A stretch of 41,853 nt of DNA from Octopus bimaculoides (GCF_001194135.2 NC_068984.1:29177989-29219841), one strand, 5' to 3'; positions 23,618-36,780 are shown, counted from the first letter of the stretch. Numbers and translations: made by a program. Notes: a model not told the origin generated them from the letters alone.

Positions 23618-25026
23618 AAAACATAAATAGGGAATATATGATCTTTAGGTCATTTTGTTTACTTTAGTTAAGAAGGTCAAGACGATGCTGAAGTTCTGCT
23701 TGCAGGGTATAAGGATTAATATCTCCCATATAATCTCTGTATATCTAATATTTTGTTGTTTTTGCTATATTCGTGACATCTCTGTGGGTGGTTTCAAAAT
23801 ATACATACAGTCAAGCCTTGTCTAAATTTTGCTAATTTGCTTACAAATTTTCCATATTATTTTCTCCCCCACCCACACTCCCTCACTCTTTGAGTTTGTG
23901 TGTGTATGTATTTGTGGACATGCGCGCGTGCGTACAAATATACGTTTGAAATTATAAAAGAGAGGAAAAGGTTATTCGCTACAGACTTTATGATGCTACT
24001 TAAATGTGCAATCTACCCGGCTATTTACAATTTAGCGTACTGTCTACCTAGCCATTTGACTTTAGCATGCAGTCTAACACTAACCCTAGTCCTGTTCCTA
24101 ACCCAGACCAGACCATTTCATAACGGATACTGTAGTAGACCGAACGTTAAAGAAGCACCGACTTTATATATTGCGAGGAGAGGCTTAAACGTGCAATTCT
24201 GTATCAAAGAAGGAAAGCCGCAATTTACACACGCACGCACTGCTGTCTCGCATGAAAAGTTCTTTTCTGGCCTCTGATGACGGGTAGGGTATCAGTCAAT
24301 TTTACTGCTGTCCTGCTTCTAGAAACGAATGGATATACGCGTATTTCAATATACATGATGTCTCTATTTTAGAACGTCCATTCGTTTTAGAGAATTAAAT
24401 ACAGTCCGAATATGGAAATTTTTTTTCTGGTCCTTTAGTTCTTTACTGAAAATCTTTGCGCAGAGAAGCATTTCCATTACATTTATGACATATTTTTATA
24501 CATTAACCACACACATTACTCACATTACACACATAGTTTATACCAATTACACACACTACATACATGCATTACTTATAAATATTACATGCACACGTACACA
24601 CGCGCGCGCGCGCACGATCACACACATATTACTGGTATTTTCCACGAAAACACAAAGTATCTCCCAAATTCAATCGACGAGGGATATGATGATTTGTAAG
24701 ACATTCCAAAGATTCATCATTAAGGTTTTCTTAAATGAACAAACGTACACAATCAGAAGTGTGCACATGGCATATTCACATGCACACTCATACATCATCC
24801 GCATCCATCCATCCAGCCATCCAGCCAGCCAGCCATTCATACACCCCCCCACACTGACTTGTTCACAAGTTCCTGAAGTTTTTTTGACTTAAATGAAACT
24901 AAAAAAGCTTTATCACAGCAACCAGTCTGAATTCTGTGAAGAAGCACCTAATAATTCTCATAACCCACCTCTAAAAACATACATACATACATACATACAT
25001 GCATACATAGTATCTACTCGTTAGAC

Positions 25027-25517
25027 CAGGAGTAGGGACACTTTTTAGTGCGGCGGGCAAAATTTACAAAGATAAATGTTCGCGGGCGAATCACAAGTTC
25101 TAACTCTTATATCTGTGTAGATCTTGTATATATCTATGTATATGTCGATATACATTAATAAAGATAAGTTTAACACATTAAATTAATGCGTAACATTTCT
25201 ATTACTTATGAGGTTTCTATATTTTTCAGCTAGAGTGTAGTTGGGTCTCATTATTAAACGCAATATGTGTTTTATAGTGAAAACAAAATTTCCTTTCAAA
25301 TGACAATTACCGGACGATTTTCTCTTCGAGTCTAACCGTTTTAAATCCTTGTGGAATTGCGACCTATGTCGCAAATAGGCATACGAATATTGTATAAATT
25401 TTATAATTGAAAAATCTACTATATTATTTTGTACATACGAGTACGTGAGCTTGCATACGAAATAAAATGGGTTTGCGGTCGCAATTGCGCCCGCGAGTGG
25501 GGGTTTCCCCACCCCTG
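25027..25517. mobile_element. Intact non-autonomous hAT-type DNA transposon (MITE, 491 bp)
   Basis: Imperfect TIRs CAGGAGTAGGGACAC and CAGGGGTGGGGAAAC (11/15). Perfect 8-bp TSD CGTTAGAC at 25019-25026 and 25518-25525. An 8-bp TSD is diagnostic of hAT, and the central TAGA fits the Charlie/Buster preference. Confidence 0.9.
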
Positions 25518-26627
25518 CGTTAGACGATCATGACCATAGCTGACAGGTAAGTGTCGCTATGCCCATGCAAGGGTTTTAAGTCGAGTGCATCTTATACAAC
25601 ACCAAAGCGACTTCCACTAGCAAAACCAAGAAGCCCAGAGACAAGCAAAATGCAGGATATCCGGCTGAATAGTGCAGGGTTTTTTAAGGATGCCTTAGCA
25701 AAGACCGGGGATCCGTCATTCCCAGTGAACTTATAGCACCCTCAGACACCAACCCGAGAATTTCTGTTCCGTCGATCATATACTAGTTAACTCATAGCTG
25801 GGATCCAGACAGGTGCTAGTACTCCGGATCAGAACAATTGTGGCAAAGAGGTGGTTCCACACTCTTCAAAACCCTGGAAGTCCTGAACCAGAGCCCCACT
25901 ACTAGACGCAGCTTAAATTCATATCCAGGACATACATACATACATACGCGCGCGCGCACACGCACGGAGAAATAGACACACTAAATACGTATCAAAATTA
26001 TAATGCAATCATTATATATGTTACAAGAATGTCGATCGAATTCTGTCCATACAATAGTAATAACTTTAACTGTTTCCTGTAGATTAATTTGGGGACTTCA
26101 GCAAAAGGTCAAATTTAAGAAAAGGTAAAAAGAATAGGAAAAGAGAAAGAAGGAAAGAAACGACAAAAAGAAAGAAACAAACAAACAAAGAACCTCAAAA
26201 CAGCTATTCAACAAATGATTAATGGCTACAGTCATCACTATTATTTTTTTTCTGGTAGTTGTCTTAATTGTACTGCTTAATCAATATAATCCTCATTTTC
26301 TATAAAATTATTTTACATTAAATCTTTATTTAAACCAAAAACAGAAATATGGATTTTGATCATAATTAAACATTAAGTCCTAACTATTCTCTATTCAATG
26401 CAAAGAACCTATTAAGTGCCGTTCATTATCTTTTTATTGGTACACTTTAATTGCACGCGCACCTGCCAACACTGCCCGGCCCCACTTCATGCACAAACAT
26501 ACGTGCGAACGTGTATGTGTTGAGAATGACCCAAAAGTCATAAGTATGTGATTTTATTGTTAGTTTTATATTCATGAAAATCGCCTCGAAATTATAATGA
26601 AAAATTAATCCTTCAGTGATTCATTTT

Positions 26628-26688
<61 letters not shown>

Positions 26689-27379
26689 GGACAAAGAGGA
26701 GAAAGAAAGACAGACAGGCAAGCAGACAGAGCGAGATTGTGTGAGTGAGAGTGAATAAATCTATTTACAAAATACCACTTCATGTCAGATTAATTTTCTT
26801 TAGAATGAACCTGTACCTACTTCTTAATTAGTTAAACCAAAACAAATGAACGAACCTCCTTTATGAAGGACACAACGCATCTTCTGAGTTGATGTGGCCA
26901 GAGAGCAACATATCCCTCGGCTAATAACGTTCTTAACAGTTGTTGAAAAAACACAAATTAATTAAAAATTGTATTAAATCTGTCAAGTATTATCTAATAT
27001 TTTCTCATTTTTAGATCCAAATTGAAAAACAGCAGGCTTTTTATATATATATATATTTTCTTCCTCGATCCTTCTCTAATTCCCTTTTTCTCCCCCTTCA
27101 CTGTTTTCTATCTATCTGTCACTCTCTCTCCCCTCTTTCTCTTTTTCTTTATCTCTCGTTGCTCACACATGATCATCGTCCATCTTTCTTTTCCTCACGT
27201 GATCTTTCTTTTCCTGCACGGACGTTCGATGGACTGGACGTTTTCTTTCTCTCTTCTATTTTTTTCTCTTTTCAAAGAAAATATTTCTCCCAGCGTTCAC
27301 TGTTTTCCTCTCGTTCTGGTCTAACAACCCTCCATGTTTGTTTTCGTTCAGTTTCCGTGTATGTCTCCACTGACCTAAT

Positions 27380-27637
27380 TTTGTTCCCAACATTGACCCT
27401 GCAGAAATCCTAAATTTTATTTTAGAGTTTATGGGAGCAACTGTCTTTGAAGACTTATATTGTCGTTGAATGCTCGAAATGAGGAGTAGATAACCGACAA
27501 CTGATGAAGGGTCGTTCTCTGTGTTTACTTGTCCTGTTTTCCATTTTCTCTCTCGTTGTTTGCGTATTTCACTCGTTTTGTTTTTGTATTTCATGTTGTT
27601 TACAATATTGGTGACGTCCTGTATTCATATATGCATA
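27380..27637 (+). mobile_element. Penelope-like terminal repeat fragment with degenerate hammerhead-like motifs
   Basis: TTGAAGA (27447-27453)...GCTCGAAA (to 27479), then CTGATGAAG (27501-27509) and the terminus GACGTCCTGTATTCATATATGCAT. Homologous to 13895-14050. Confidence 0.45.
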
Positions 27638-27855
27638 NNNNNNNNNNNNNNNNNNNNNNNNNNNNNNNNNNNNNNNNNNNNNNNNNNNNNNNNNNNNNNN
27701 NNNNNNNNNNNNNNNNNNNNNNNNNNNNNNNNNNNNNNNNNNNNNNNNNNNNNNNNNNNNNNNNNNNNNNNNNNNNNNNNNNNNNNNNNNNNNNNNNNNN
27801 NNNNNNNNNNNNNNNNNNNNNNNNNNNNNNNNNNNNNNNNNNNNNNNNNNNNNNN

Positions 27856-28005
27856 AATCAACCTCAGGACTTATTTCTTAAGCCTAGTACTTATTCTATC
27901 GGACTCTTTTGCTGAACCGCTACTTTACGGGGATGTAGACACACCAACACTGGTTGTCAAGTGATGATGGTGGGGGAACAAACAGACACAAAGACATACA
28001 CATAG

Positions 28006-28047
<42 letters not shown>

Positions 28048-28215
28048 ACACAGACACACACAGACACACACATACACGACGGACTTCTTCCAGCTTCCGT
28101 CCACCAAACCCACTCATAAGGCTTTGGTCGGCCGGAGGCTATAATAAAAAACACTTGTCCAAAGTGTCACGTATGGGACTGAACTCAGAACCATGTGGTT
28201 GAGAGGCAAGCTGAA
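27856..28215 (-). mobile_element. SINE family B, cut by a gap
   Basis: Family body, (CA)n insert and head ...CTGAACTCAGAACCATGTGGTTG. Confidence 0.85.
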
Positions 28216-28269
28216 CTTCGGCGTGTACAATCTGACGGTCATAGAAATTTCCTTGTCTTTGTCATGTCC

Positions 28270-28336
28270 TCCTTGGCGCCCCCTTGCACATAGTGCCCTG
28301 GGCGACTGCCCGAGTTGCGGCACCTTCAGCCGGCCC

Positions 28337-28337
<1 letters not shown>
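28270..28337. mobile_element. End of a GC-rich hAT-type MITE
   Basis: GGCGCCCCCTTG...GCCCTGGGCGACTGCCC...GCCGGCCCT resembles the reverse complement of a CAGGGCCGGC TIR. The partner end was not seen. Confidence 0.4.
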
Positions 28338-28368
<31 letters not shown>

Positions 28369-28929
28369 TAAACCATTCACACACATATATAAGGACATTC
28401 GCGTGTGTGTATACAAATGAAAGAGAACATCATTCAACGTTTCACAAAGTTTATATTTATTTGTATTAACAGTTGACTCAATTTTATCATTCAGAGTGAG
28501 AAAAACCGTCCTGTGATTTGAGTTTACACACACACGTGCACACACACACACACACACACTATACTTCTACATGTACATTCAATTACACCTACATACACAG
28601 TAATGAGGTGTGAACACACACAGGAAATATGATTTCGTTGACAAACTATTCTAAAATACCCAATGACTAATGAAGTTAATTACTTTTAATGATCTATAAA
28701 TGACATGAGAGGAATTTTTAATTAAAGAGAAGGAAAGAAAGAAAGAAGGAAAGGAAGAAAGAAAGAAATGGGGTATGAGATTATTGGGGCTTGAGAGATA
28801 AGCTATACATATATTACATATAATAAACAGAGAGGCCTACGTAGAATGAAGGAAGAAATGACAGAAGTTGAAGAAGCAGAATGAGAGAAAGAAATGGAAG
28901 AAAGAAGAAAATAGAAAACATTATAACAA

Positions 28930-29098
28930 GTAGATAGATAGATAGACAGACTGATAGATAGGTAGGTAGATAGATAGATAGATAAATAGATAGATAGGCA
29001 GATAGATAGATAGATTGATAAACAGGTAGATAGATTGATAAACAGGTAGATAGATTGATAAACAGATGGATAGATAGACAGATGGAGATATATATATA

Positions 29099-29184
<86 letters not shown>

Positions 29185-29200
29185 GAAGGAAGAGAGAAAG
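28930..29200. repeat. Compound (GATA)n/(TA)n/(GA)n microsatellite block
   Basis: Directly visible. Confidence 0.9.
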
Positions 29201-30942
29201 TGATAGAGATTGGTACATGGGAAAACATGTAGGCCGACACACAGACAGACAGACAGATGTGGAATTGTATTTCAACTATATTGTCTTGGTTGATCAAGTA
29301 CATAATTTGGATGTAATTAGCAGTTAGAACTGTGGTGCTTAAATCAAGAACGCATTGATGAAAAATTATCCTTATTAGTAGAGCCGCATTTAAAATCAAC
29401 TGTTTCCTTAAGCCCAGACAGATAATAGTTCATACTCGATCCTTCTATTGCGTAACTGACATGACATCACGATATAATTGCTAAATGTGAAATAATAGAT
29501 AAATAATACAATTTTCCTCTGGAACTGGTTCTGCAACCAATTCTAGTAATTTTATACTAAATATGATATCTTAAGTAGTGCAAGCAAATTACTTACTGTA
29601 GCTGTAACCCTAACTATAACGAAGATAAAATGCAAATTTTCAAAAGCCTTTTTATTCATTTATTTGAAATGATAATTATAAATTAAAAATATATATTTTT
29701 TAATATTGAAAACGATTCTTCCATTGTACGAAACATTGGCTTCTAACTTCGATGATATTTCGACAACATAGATTAAAAGATGTTACCTTCTAATAATATT
29801 ATTTATACTTAAATAACTTTTTATTTCTTTTAATTGTAATAACTTGATCAATTCATCAAGATTTAATCTAAAAAATTTGCTCCAGCAGAGACGAAGCATC
29901 CAATTCTGTCGTCCAGTTGGGAAATTTTGAACCTATTTCGACTAAGGCTAGACTAACTTGCATCTGTATCTTCTATTAAACGAATTTTCACCGAATTTAT
30001 GCTTAAAATATTTATCGTTTCATTCCGTTAATATAAAACTGTGGTTCTTAGTCTGGGTAGTAGTACCCTTTTGCAGGTCTTGTAAGCTCATGTGGTTATG
30101 CGCTTTTCAGTGTTTGATGTTGGCTGAGGCTGCGTGTGAAAGATTTAACAACACCTTGCGAACATTTAGATATATTAACACCGCAGTCAAATGAAGTTGG
30201 TTATGCATCGCAAACATACGTAACGTCAACAAGATGAGAGAAATATAATGCAACATGCAAGTAGCTGGATATCAAAATTTACCACTGGGGCTGGATAAAA
30301 CAAGGAATATTTATACATGCACCACTTCCTGTCTTCTACTGAAATTGCATAGCGGTTCAGCGTACAGCCCTTAGAACAAAACAACAAAGATTGTGTATTT
30401 CGCATCGCGACCAAGGTCTCACTGAAATTTGCCGCCGAAACGGACTCTATTTATAGGCCTTGTAGGGAAATGTTCCAGTACCTTCCAGAATCAGCTTTTA
30501 TGTGATGGCTGGCTTCTGATTGGACAATAACTCGGCTGCACACATGATCAAGCCGTTGCTATGTCGTGGCTTGAAATCAGTAATGTATACAGCATGAGTT
30601 CATATCCTGTTACACTCACAATGGATCAGCATATGTCAAGGGACGCTCTTAGGGGTGCTGAGTGTGTAGAGGGTTTCCTGATTTTTCTTCGAAGTAAAAG
30701 ACTCTAAACCAGGCACCATACCTATATATTAAACAGATTTTCAAAATCGGATTATAATCTGATATAATGATCAAATATTCTTTCATTGGTTCCACAAAAA
30801 TTTAACTTAAGACGCACCAGCCCACGTTAATATCTAAAAATGGAATTTTAGTAAATGGTCATAATGCATCACTGCGCAAAAATTAGCTTCTGATTGATTA
30901 AAAGAATCTACGTTTATTATTATTATTATTGTTATTATTATT

Positions 30943-31181
30943 AAGGCGGCGAGCTGGCAAAATCGTTACCCTACCGGATTAAATAATTAGCGGCATTTCG
31001 TCCGTCATTGCGTTCTGAACACTGGGTTCGATGTAATCGACTTATCCCCTCTCCCCAAAAGTCCTGAGTTCAAATTCCGCTTTTCATCCTTTCGAGGTCA
31101 ATTAAATAAGTACCAGTTACATACTGCAGTCCAATTAATACCTTCCCCCAAATTTCTGGCCTTGTGCCTACAGTAGAAAGG

Positions 31182-31220
<39 letters not shown>
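30943..31220 (+). mobile_element. SINE family A with internal rearrangement and (ATT)n tail
   Basis: A 3' module at 31021-31063 precedes the B-box module. The normal tail and (ATT)n follow. Confidence 0.8.
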
Positions 31221-31224
<4 letters not shown>

Positions 31225-31439
31225 ATGAGTGAGAGAGCAGCACATGCCTTGCAAAATATGGGAAGCGCGTTTGTGAAACATCATTCTTTGAAAGGGAGTG
31301 ACGAGCTATAATAAAAAGCTGAGGATTACGGTTGTAAAGTAATGTATTTAGCGACGAACAGGAACTTATTTGTTAGATCGGGCAGTAACGTAATGTGGGG
31401 TTTATGGGATTGCGTCCCACACTAACTGTGGTGGTGGTG

Positions 31440-31770
31440 ATGATGAGGAAACTCCCTTCGGTCATGAATGACAATGGGATTGCACCTAGAAAGTTACCCT
31501 CCGAGACACAAGTCCGGGTAAGGTTGTTTATGGAAGGCCAGTAGTCGCCCATGCATAACAACCTCCCCCTCGCTACACCACTGATATTATCCAAGGGAAA
31601 GGCAAAGGCCGAAACAGCTTGGCACCAGTGGTATTTATTCATCGGCCCGGAAAGGGATGAAAGGCGAAGTCGACCTCGGCAGAATTTGAACCCAGAACAT
31701 AACGATGGACGAAATGTCGCTAAGCATTTTACCCAACGTGCCAACGACCCTGCCAGATCACCACCTTATA
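31440..31770 (-). mobile_element. SINE with a family A head and a third, longer tail
   Basis: The head at 31640-31770 matches family A. The tail ...GCCTTTCCCTTGGATAATATC...AACTTTCTAGGTGCAATCCCATTGTCATTCATGACCGAAGGG is unlike the other A copies. Confidence 0.75.
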
Positions 31771-33051
31771 AAAAAGTGGTCAGCAAGCTACTACAGAGGA
31801 TCAAATTCCCGCTGAGCGCTCTGTACTATCAAGTTAAGCTCTGTACTATTTATACCACGAAGTGATATAAATAATAAACGCTGAAACCATATTTGTAACT
31901 AACAGTCTATTAAGCACAAACTGACATTCTTTCTCACTTCCCTATTGTTCTCTCTTACCTTTTACCTTGTCATAAATGAAAATGGACAAAAACCGATTTC
32001 ACCTAAAATAACAGAGATGTAATGTGAGATGTAAGTTTCCCCATCGCATTCCAAATATTTTCTTGAACTATGAGAGTACGTAAGAAGAGAAATTAAGAAT
32101 TTTAAAGGAACATGTTGCAGGGCATATTTTTCGCTAATTGTTCCTGGATGAGATGTATTTCTGTGGTAGGATATTTTTCCGAGGTACTCTTTTCCAATGT
32201 TTAACGGGTTAAGCGCCATAAACCCCAAATACAGTAAAAACCTCTAAATTGGATAACAAATTTACTTGCTTTTATTCATTAGGTTGCCTAATTTTACTAG
32301 TACGGCCATTTTATCTCAATTTCTAACGCCTTCCTTAAAGAAGGTAATGAACAAAAGATTAGCTATTTCAAAATTATACAAAGAAATCTAAGGATTTACG
32401 CCTTAGAGGAAACAAGAAGAAAATGAAACTGCTATCACAGAGAAACAAACTAAGCACAGCTAAAGCTAACAAATTTTCGACAGTAATACGGCAAAACTTA
32501 TTACGATTACACAACATAAAATAACATTTAGCATAATTTTTTAACAAAGATACTAGAAATAGTAAGATAATCTCAACCTACAGTCTTTAGAATGGAAGGG
32601 CACATTTGGTGTGGTACAATATATCTTTTGTCAGGGGGAAAACGGGATTTTAATGGCTAGAACGTCTTTATAGGTTTTCTGAGTTACAGCTGACCGGGGA
32701 GTATGCAATAAAATCTACTTTTTGGCGAAATGTAATAGATCTTACTATTTTTTGTTATCTTACGAGGAAAGTGTATCATCCAAAAAATTGTTTGGCGGCT
32801 CTGGGATCAAGAGGGCTAAGGAGATATTAGAAATGGAATAATCTTTATAAGAAATTACGATAATCGGACTATTAGAATATGGAAGGAAGAGTGTGGGAAA
32901 CATGAACGAAACTATGAACGCAACAGAGCAAGATAAATAGGAGAGAGGATGAGAGGGGAGAAAGGGAGAGAGGGAGAGAGAGAGAGAGAGAGAGAGAGAC
33001 TAACTGCATTGAAATGTTGCAGCCTGTCAAAAAACATTATCACCATGAGAT

Positions 33052-33422
33052 TGTCGGCACTCCGTCGCTTACGATGTCAAGTGTTCCAGTTGATCCGATC
33101 AACGGAACAGCCTGCTCGTGAAATTAACGTGCAAGTAGCTGGGCACTCCACAGACACGTGTACCCTTAACATAGTTCTCGGGGATATTCAGCGTGACACA
33201 GTGTGACAAGACTGGCCCTTTGAAATACAGGTACAACAGAAACAGGAAGAAAGAGTGAGAGAAAGTTGTGGTGAAAGAGTACAGCAGGGTTCGCCACCAT
33301 CCCCTGATAAGCTTTAGGTGTTTTCGCTCAATAAACACTCACAACGCCCGGTCTGGGAATCGAAACTGCGACCCTATGACTGCGAGTCCGCTGCCCTAAC
33401 CACTGGGCCATTGCACCGCCAC
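33052..33422 (-). mobile_element. SINE with head C and tail X, full length with 11-bp TSD
   Basis: Reverse-orientation homologue of 22152-22539. TSD CACCATGAGAT at 33041-33051 and 33423-33433. Confidence 0.92.
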
Positions 33423-34232
33423 CACCATGAGATAAGATGAAACTAATAGAATTGGTCCTTGATGATTTCGTGTCAGACGATCGATAAAGAGTAGCTGGTC
33501 TCAAAGACAACACTATTGGTTTTACCAAAGAACATAGAACAATAAGCCACAACATTGTTACATGGTGTAGAGAAACTAGCCTCAGGTAGAACTGGCTCTC
33601 ACGAAACCATATTGATGGCGATTAAGGAAAGACAGAGATATAAACATGTTATGAAATATAATTGAAATTTGAAATTGTATAAGCTACGTAAACTTAAGCG
33701 TATAAAATACTTCTCAGGGTTTTACAATTTTCTAGCATTGTTAAAATAAGAATCAAACAAGTAATACACGAAATAATTAAGTTTAGAAATGTATTCGATA
33801 AACTCAATGACCGTGAGGTGCGAAGACTCTAATGCTTCAGGTGAAGAATCTTATGTTTCAAGCAAAAGAACTCTTCGACAAATTTCCCTACGGACTAATT
33901 ATTGCCGAAGTAGACTATAATCCGTTTCCTCGTTTCCCGGATTGCACCTTGTTAATTTAGAAACGAGTAATTTTGATAAATTTCTGATGGTAGTTGAAGC
34001 AACAAAATCAAGAACAGAATTAAATGCCGTGGTTTATGTGCAAGATAGAATTTAACTGGTGTGGAAAAGGAGAGCAGGGTGGGTTTGGAATTAATAAAAT
34101 AAACAAAACAAAAAATAGAAAAATCATTTATTAGTTAAAAGCTAGAAGGAATTTAATTGGATCAATTTAATCTCGAGATTAGTCAGACAGACTGTTTTCA
34201 AGTACTCGTGTTTGTTTGTATTTGTGTTTGTT

Positions 34233-34293
<61 letters not shown>

Positions 34294-34729
34294 TGAGGAG
34301 TGCGTATGCGTGTGTTGTTTATCGGAATGGAGCTCACTCAGTGAACGAAACAAATGTTGGCATTGTTTTCAGTTTTCTCTTTAAGACAGAATTTTAATTC
34401 TAAGAATTCATATTAAAAAAAAAAAAAAAAGACAATCTTAGTCGTTCTAAAAATTCGAATTCTTTTTATATTGTTGTTTCCTTTATTTAATATTGTTATT
34501 CTTTGTGTCAATTTCTGTTTTAATACACGTGTTTCTTTTTATCTAAAATTATTTATTTAGTTAGTTTTGTAATTCCCGTGACTGAGAAATGGTGCTGTGT
34601 TTTAAAGTTTATATCAGCTCATTGTTCCTATTATTATTTGGCCCCATGTCAGCTCTGATCAAGCAGACCCTACAATGAGAAGCATTCCAACCATGACTGT
34701 TTCGTCTTGTTTCCATATGTAGTATATCT

Positions 34730-35031
34730 GTTGTTGGCACTCCGTCGCTTACGACGTCGACGGTTCCAGTTGATCCGATCAACGGAACAGTCTGCTCGTG
34801 AAATTAACGTGCAAGTGGCTGAGCACTCCACAGACACGTGTACCCTTAACGTAGTTCTTGGGGATATTCAGCGTGACACAGTGTGACAAGGCTGGCCCTT
34901 TGAATTACAGGCACAACAGAAACAGGAACTAAGAGTGAGAGAAAGTTGTGGTGAAAGAGTACAGCAGAGTTCGCCACCATCCCCTGCCAGAGCCTCGTGG
35001 AGCTTTAGGTGTTTTCGCTCAATAAACACTC
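34730..35031 (-). mobile_element. SINE with head C and tail X, head lost in a gap
   Basis: Nearly identical to 33052-33345. Confidence 0.9.
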
Positions 35032-35696
35032 NNNNNNNNNNNNNNNNNNNNNNNNNNNNNNNNNNNNNNNNNNNNNNNNNNNNNNNNNNNNNNNNNNNNN
35101 NNNNNNNNNNNNNNNNNNNNNNNNNNNNNNNNNNNNNNNNNNNNNNNNNNNNNNNNNNNNNNNNNNNNNNNNNNNNNNNNNNNNNNNNNNNNNNNNNNNN
35201 NNNNNNNNNNNNNNNNNNNNNNNNNNNNNNNNNNNNNNNNNNNNNNNNNNNNNNNNNNNNNNNNNNNNNNNNNNNNNNNNNNNNNNNNNNNNNNNNNNNN
35301 NNNNNNNNNNNNNNNNNNNNNNNNNNNNNNNNNNNNNNNNNNNNNNNNNNNNNNNNNNNNNNNNNNNNNNNNNNNNNNNNNNNNNNNNNNNNNNNNNNNN
35401 NNNNNNNNNNNNNNNNNNNNNNNNNNNNNNNNNNNNNNNNNNNNNNNNNNNNNNNNNNNNNNNNNNNNNNNNNNNNNNNNNNNNNNNNNNNNNNNNNNNN
35501 NNNNNNNNNNNNNNNNNNNNNNNNNNNNNNNNNNNNNNNNNNNNNNNNNNNNNNNNNNNNNNNNNNNNNNNNNNNNNNNNNNNNNNNNNNNNNNNNNNNN
35601 NNNNNNNNNNNNNNNNNNNNNNNNNNNNNNNNNNNNNNNNNNNNNNNNNNNNNNNNNNNNNNNNNNNNNNNNNNNNNNNNNNNNNNNNNNNNNNNN

Positions 35697-35995
35697 CAAC
35701 CAAAGCTTTGTGAGTGGATTTGGTAGACGGAAACTGAAAGAAGCCCGTCGTATATATGTATATATATATATATTTGTGTGTGTGTTTGTGTGTCTGTGTT
35801 TGTCCCCCACCATCGCTTGACAACCGATGCTGGTGTGTTTACGTCCCTGTAACTTAGTGGTTCGGCAAAAAGAGACCGATAGAATAAGTACTAGGCTTAC
35901 AAAGAATACGTTCTGGGGCCGATTAGCTCGACTAAAGGCGGTGCTCCAGCATGGCCACAGTCAAATGACTGAAACAAGTAAAAGAATAAAAGAAT
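35697..35995 (+). mobile_element. SINE family B, 3' part (head in a gap)
   Basis: CCAAAGCTTTGTGAGTGGATTTGGTAGACGG...GCTCCAGCATGGCCACAGTCAAATGACTGAAACAAGTAAAAGAATAAAAG. Confidence 0.9.
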
Positions 35996-36565
35996 AAACA
36001 CAAAGGGGCGTGAGAACGGCAGGATTGAATTTGGAACAGGCAGCTGCTACATCAAAGATTTGGCACTGAGATTAGTTATTGTGATTCTGCATTGTTTTAA
36101 TGTTTTATTAGAAGAAGAGAGCAGCGCACACGACGCTCTTTAGGGTCTCCGAGACTGATGTCAGAAAGGAAAGGATTTATCATTATACCACTGAGGCGGC
36201 TCAAATACTTACAGAAGAGTAAACTTTGATAAAGGCACTCAAACGTTAGGTGGTGGCGTTAAACTGAATTACGAATTAATACTGCTTAAGTTTCCGTTAA
36301 CCAAACTTCTCTCATAAAGGGGTTTGGTTTACAGGAGGATATTAGTTCTGCCAATATCATTTTACTTAAGAGGTCGAACGGTAAAGATATTAATGCAATG
36401 GGATTAAGCTCCAATCAAGTGGATGCGAAACGAAATTCATAACTACACAACTGTGCGTTCGCCTGGATTGTATTATCCATGACTGCTTATCCAACATTAA
36501 ATATCAGATATTACACATTCTGAATGACGATGGAATAACATACAAATGAGGTAAATGAAATTTTA

Positions 36566-36780
36566 GTTTCAAATTTTGACAGAAGTCCAGCAATTTAGGG
36601 GCAAGGGAAGTCAATTAAATCGACTCCGGTGTTCAACTGGTACTTATTTTATCGACCCCGAAAGTATGAAAGGCAAAGTCGACCTCGGTGGAATTTGAAC
36701 TCAGAACGTAAAGACGGATGAAATGCCGCTAAGCATTTCGGCCAGCGTGCTAACAATTCTACCGGCTCTCGCTGCCTTAG
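36566..36780 (-). mobile_element. SINE family A, full length
   Basis: Tail, body and head are visible on the minus strand. Confidence 0.85.

Noticed and set aside
24070-24105. CTAACCC motifs as telomeric or Helitron repeat
   Set aside because: Only two or three scattered units with no array or Helitron terminus.
25590-25680. Possible RTE-type RT C-terminal remnant (KTKKPRDKQNAGY)
   Set aside because: Similarity is too weak to call by eye and would need a profile search.
30230-30720. Possible Tc1/mariner 5' remnant
   Set aside because: No TIR pair, TA TSD or transposase motif could be identified.
32200-32260. piggyBac-like end (AACGGG-TTAA) and pogo-like start (TA-CAGTAAAAACCTC)
   Set aside because: Matching opposite ends were not found, and such short motifs can arise by chance.
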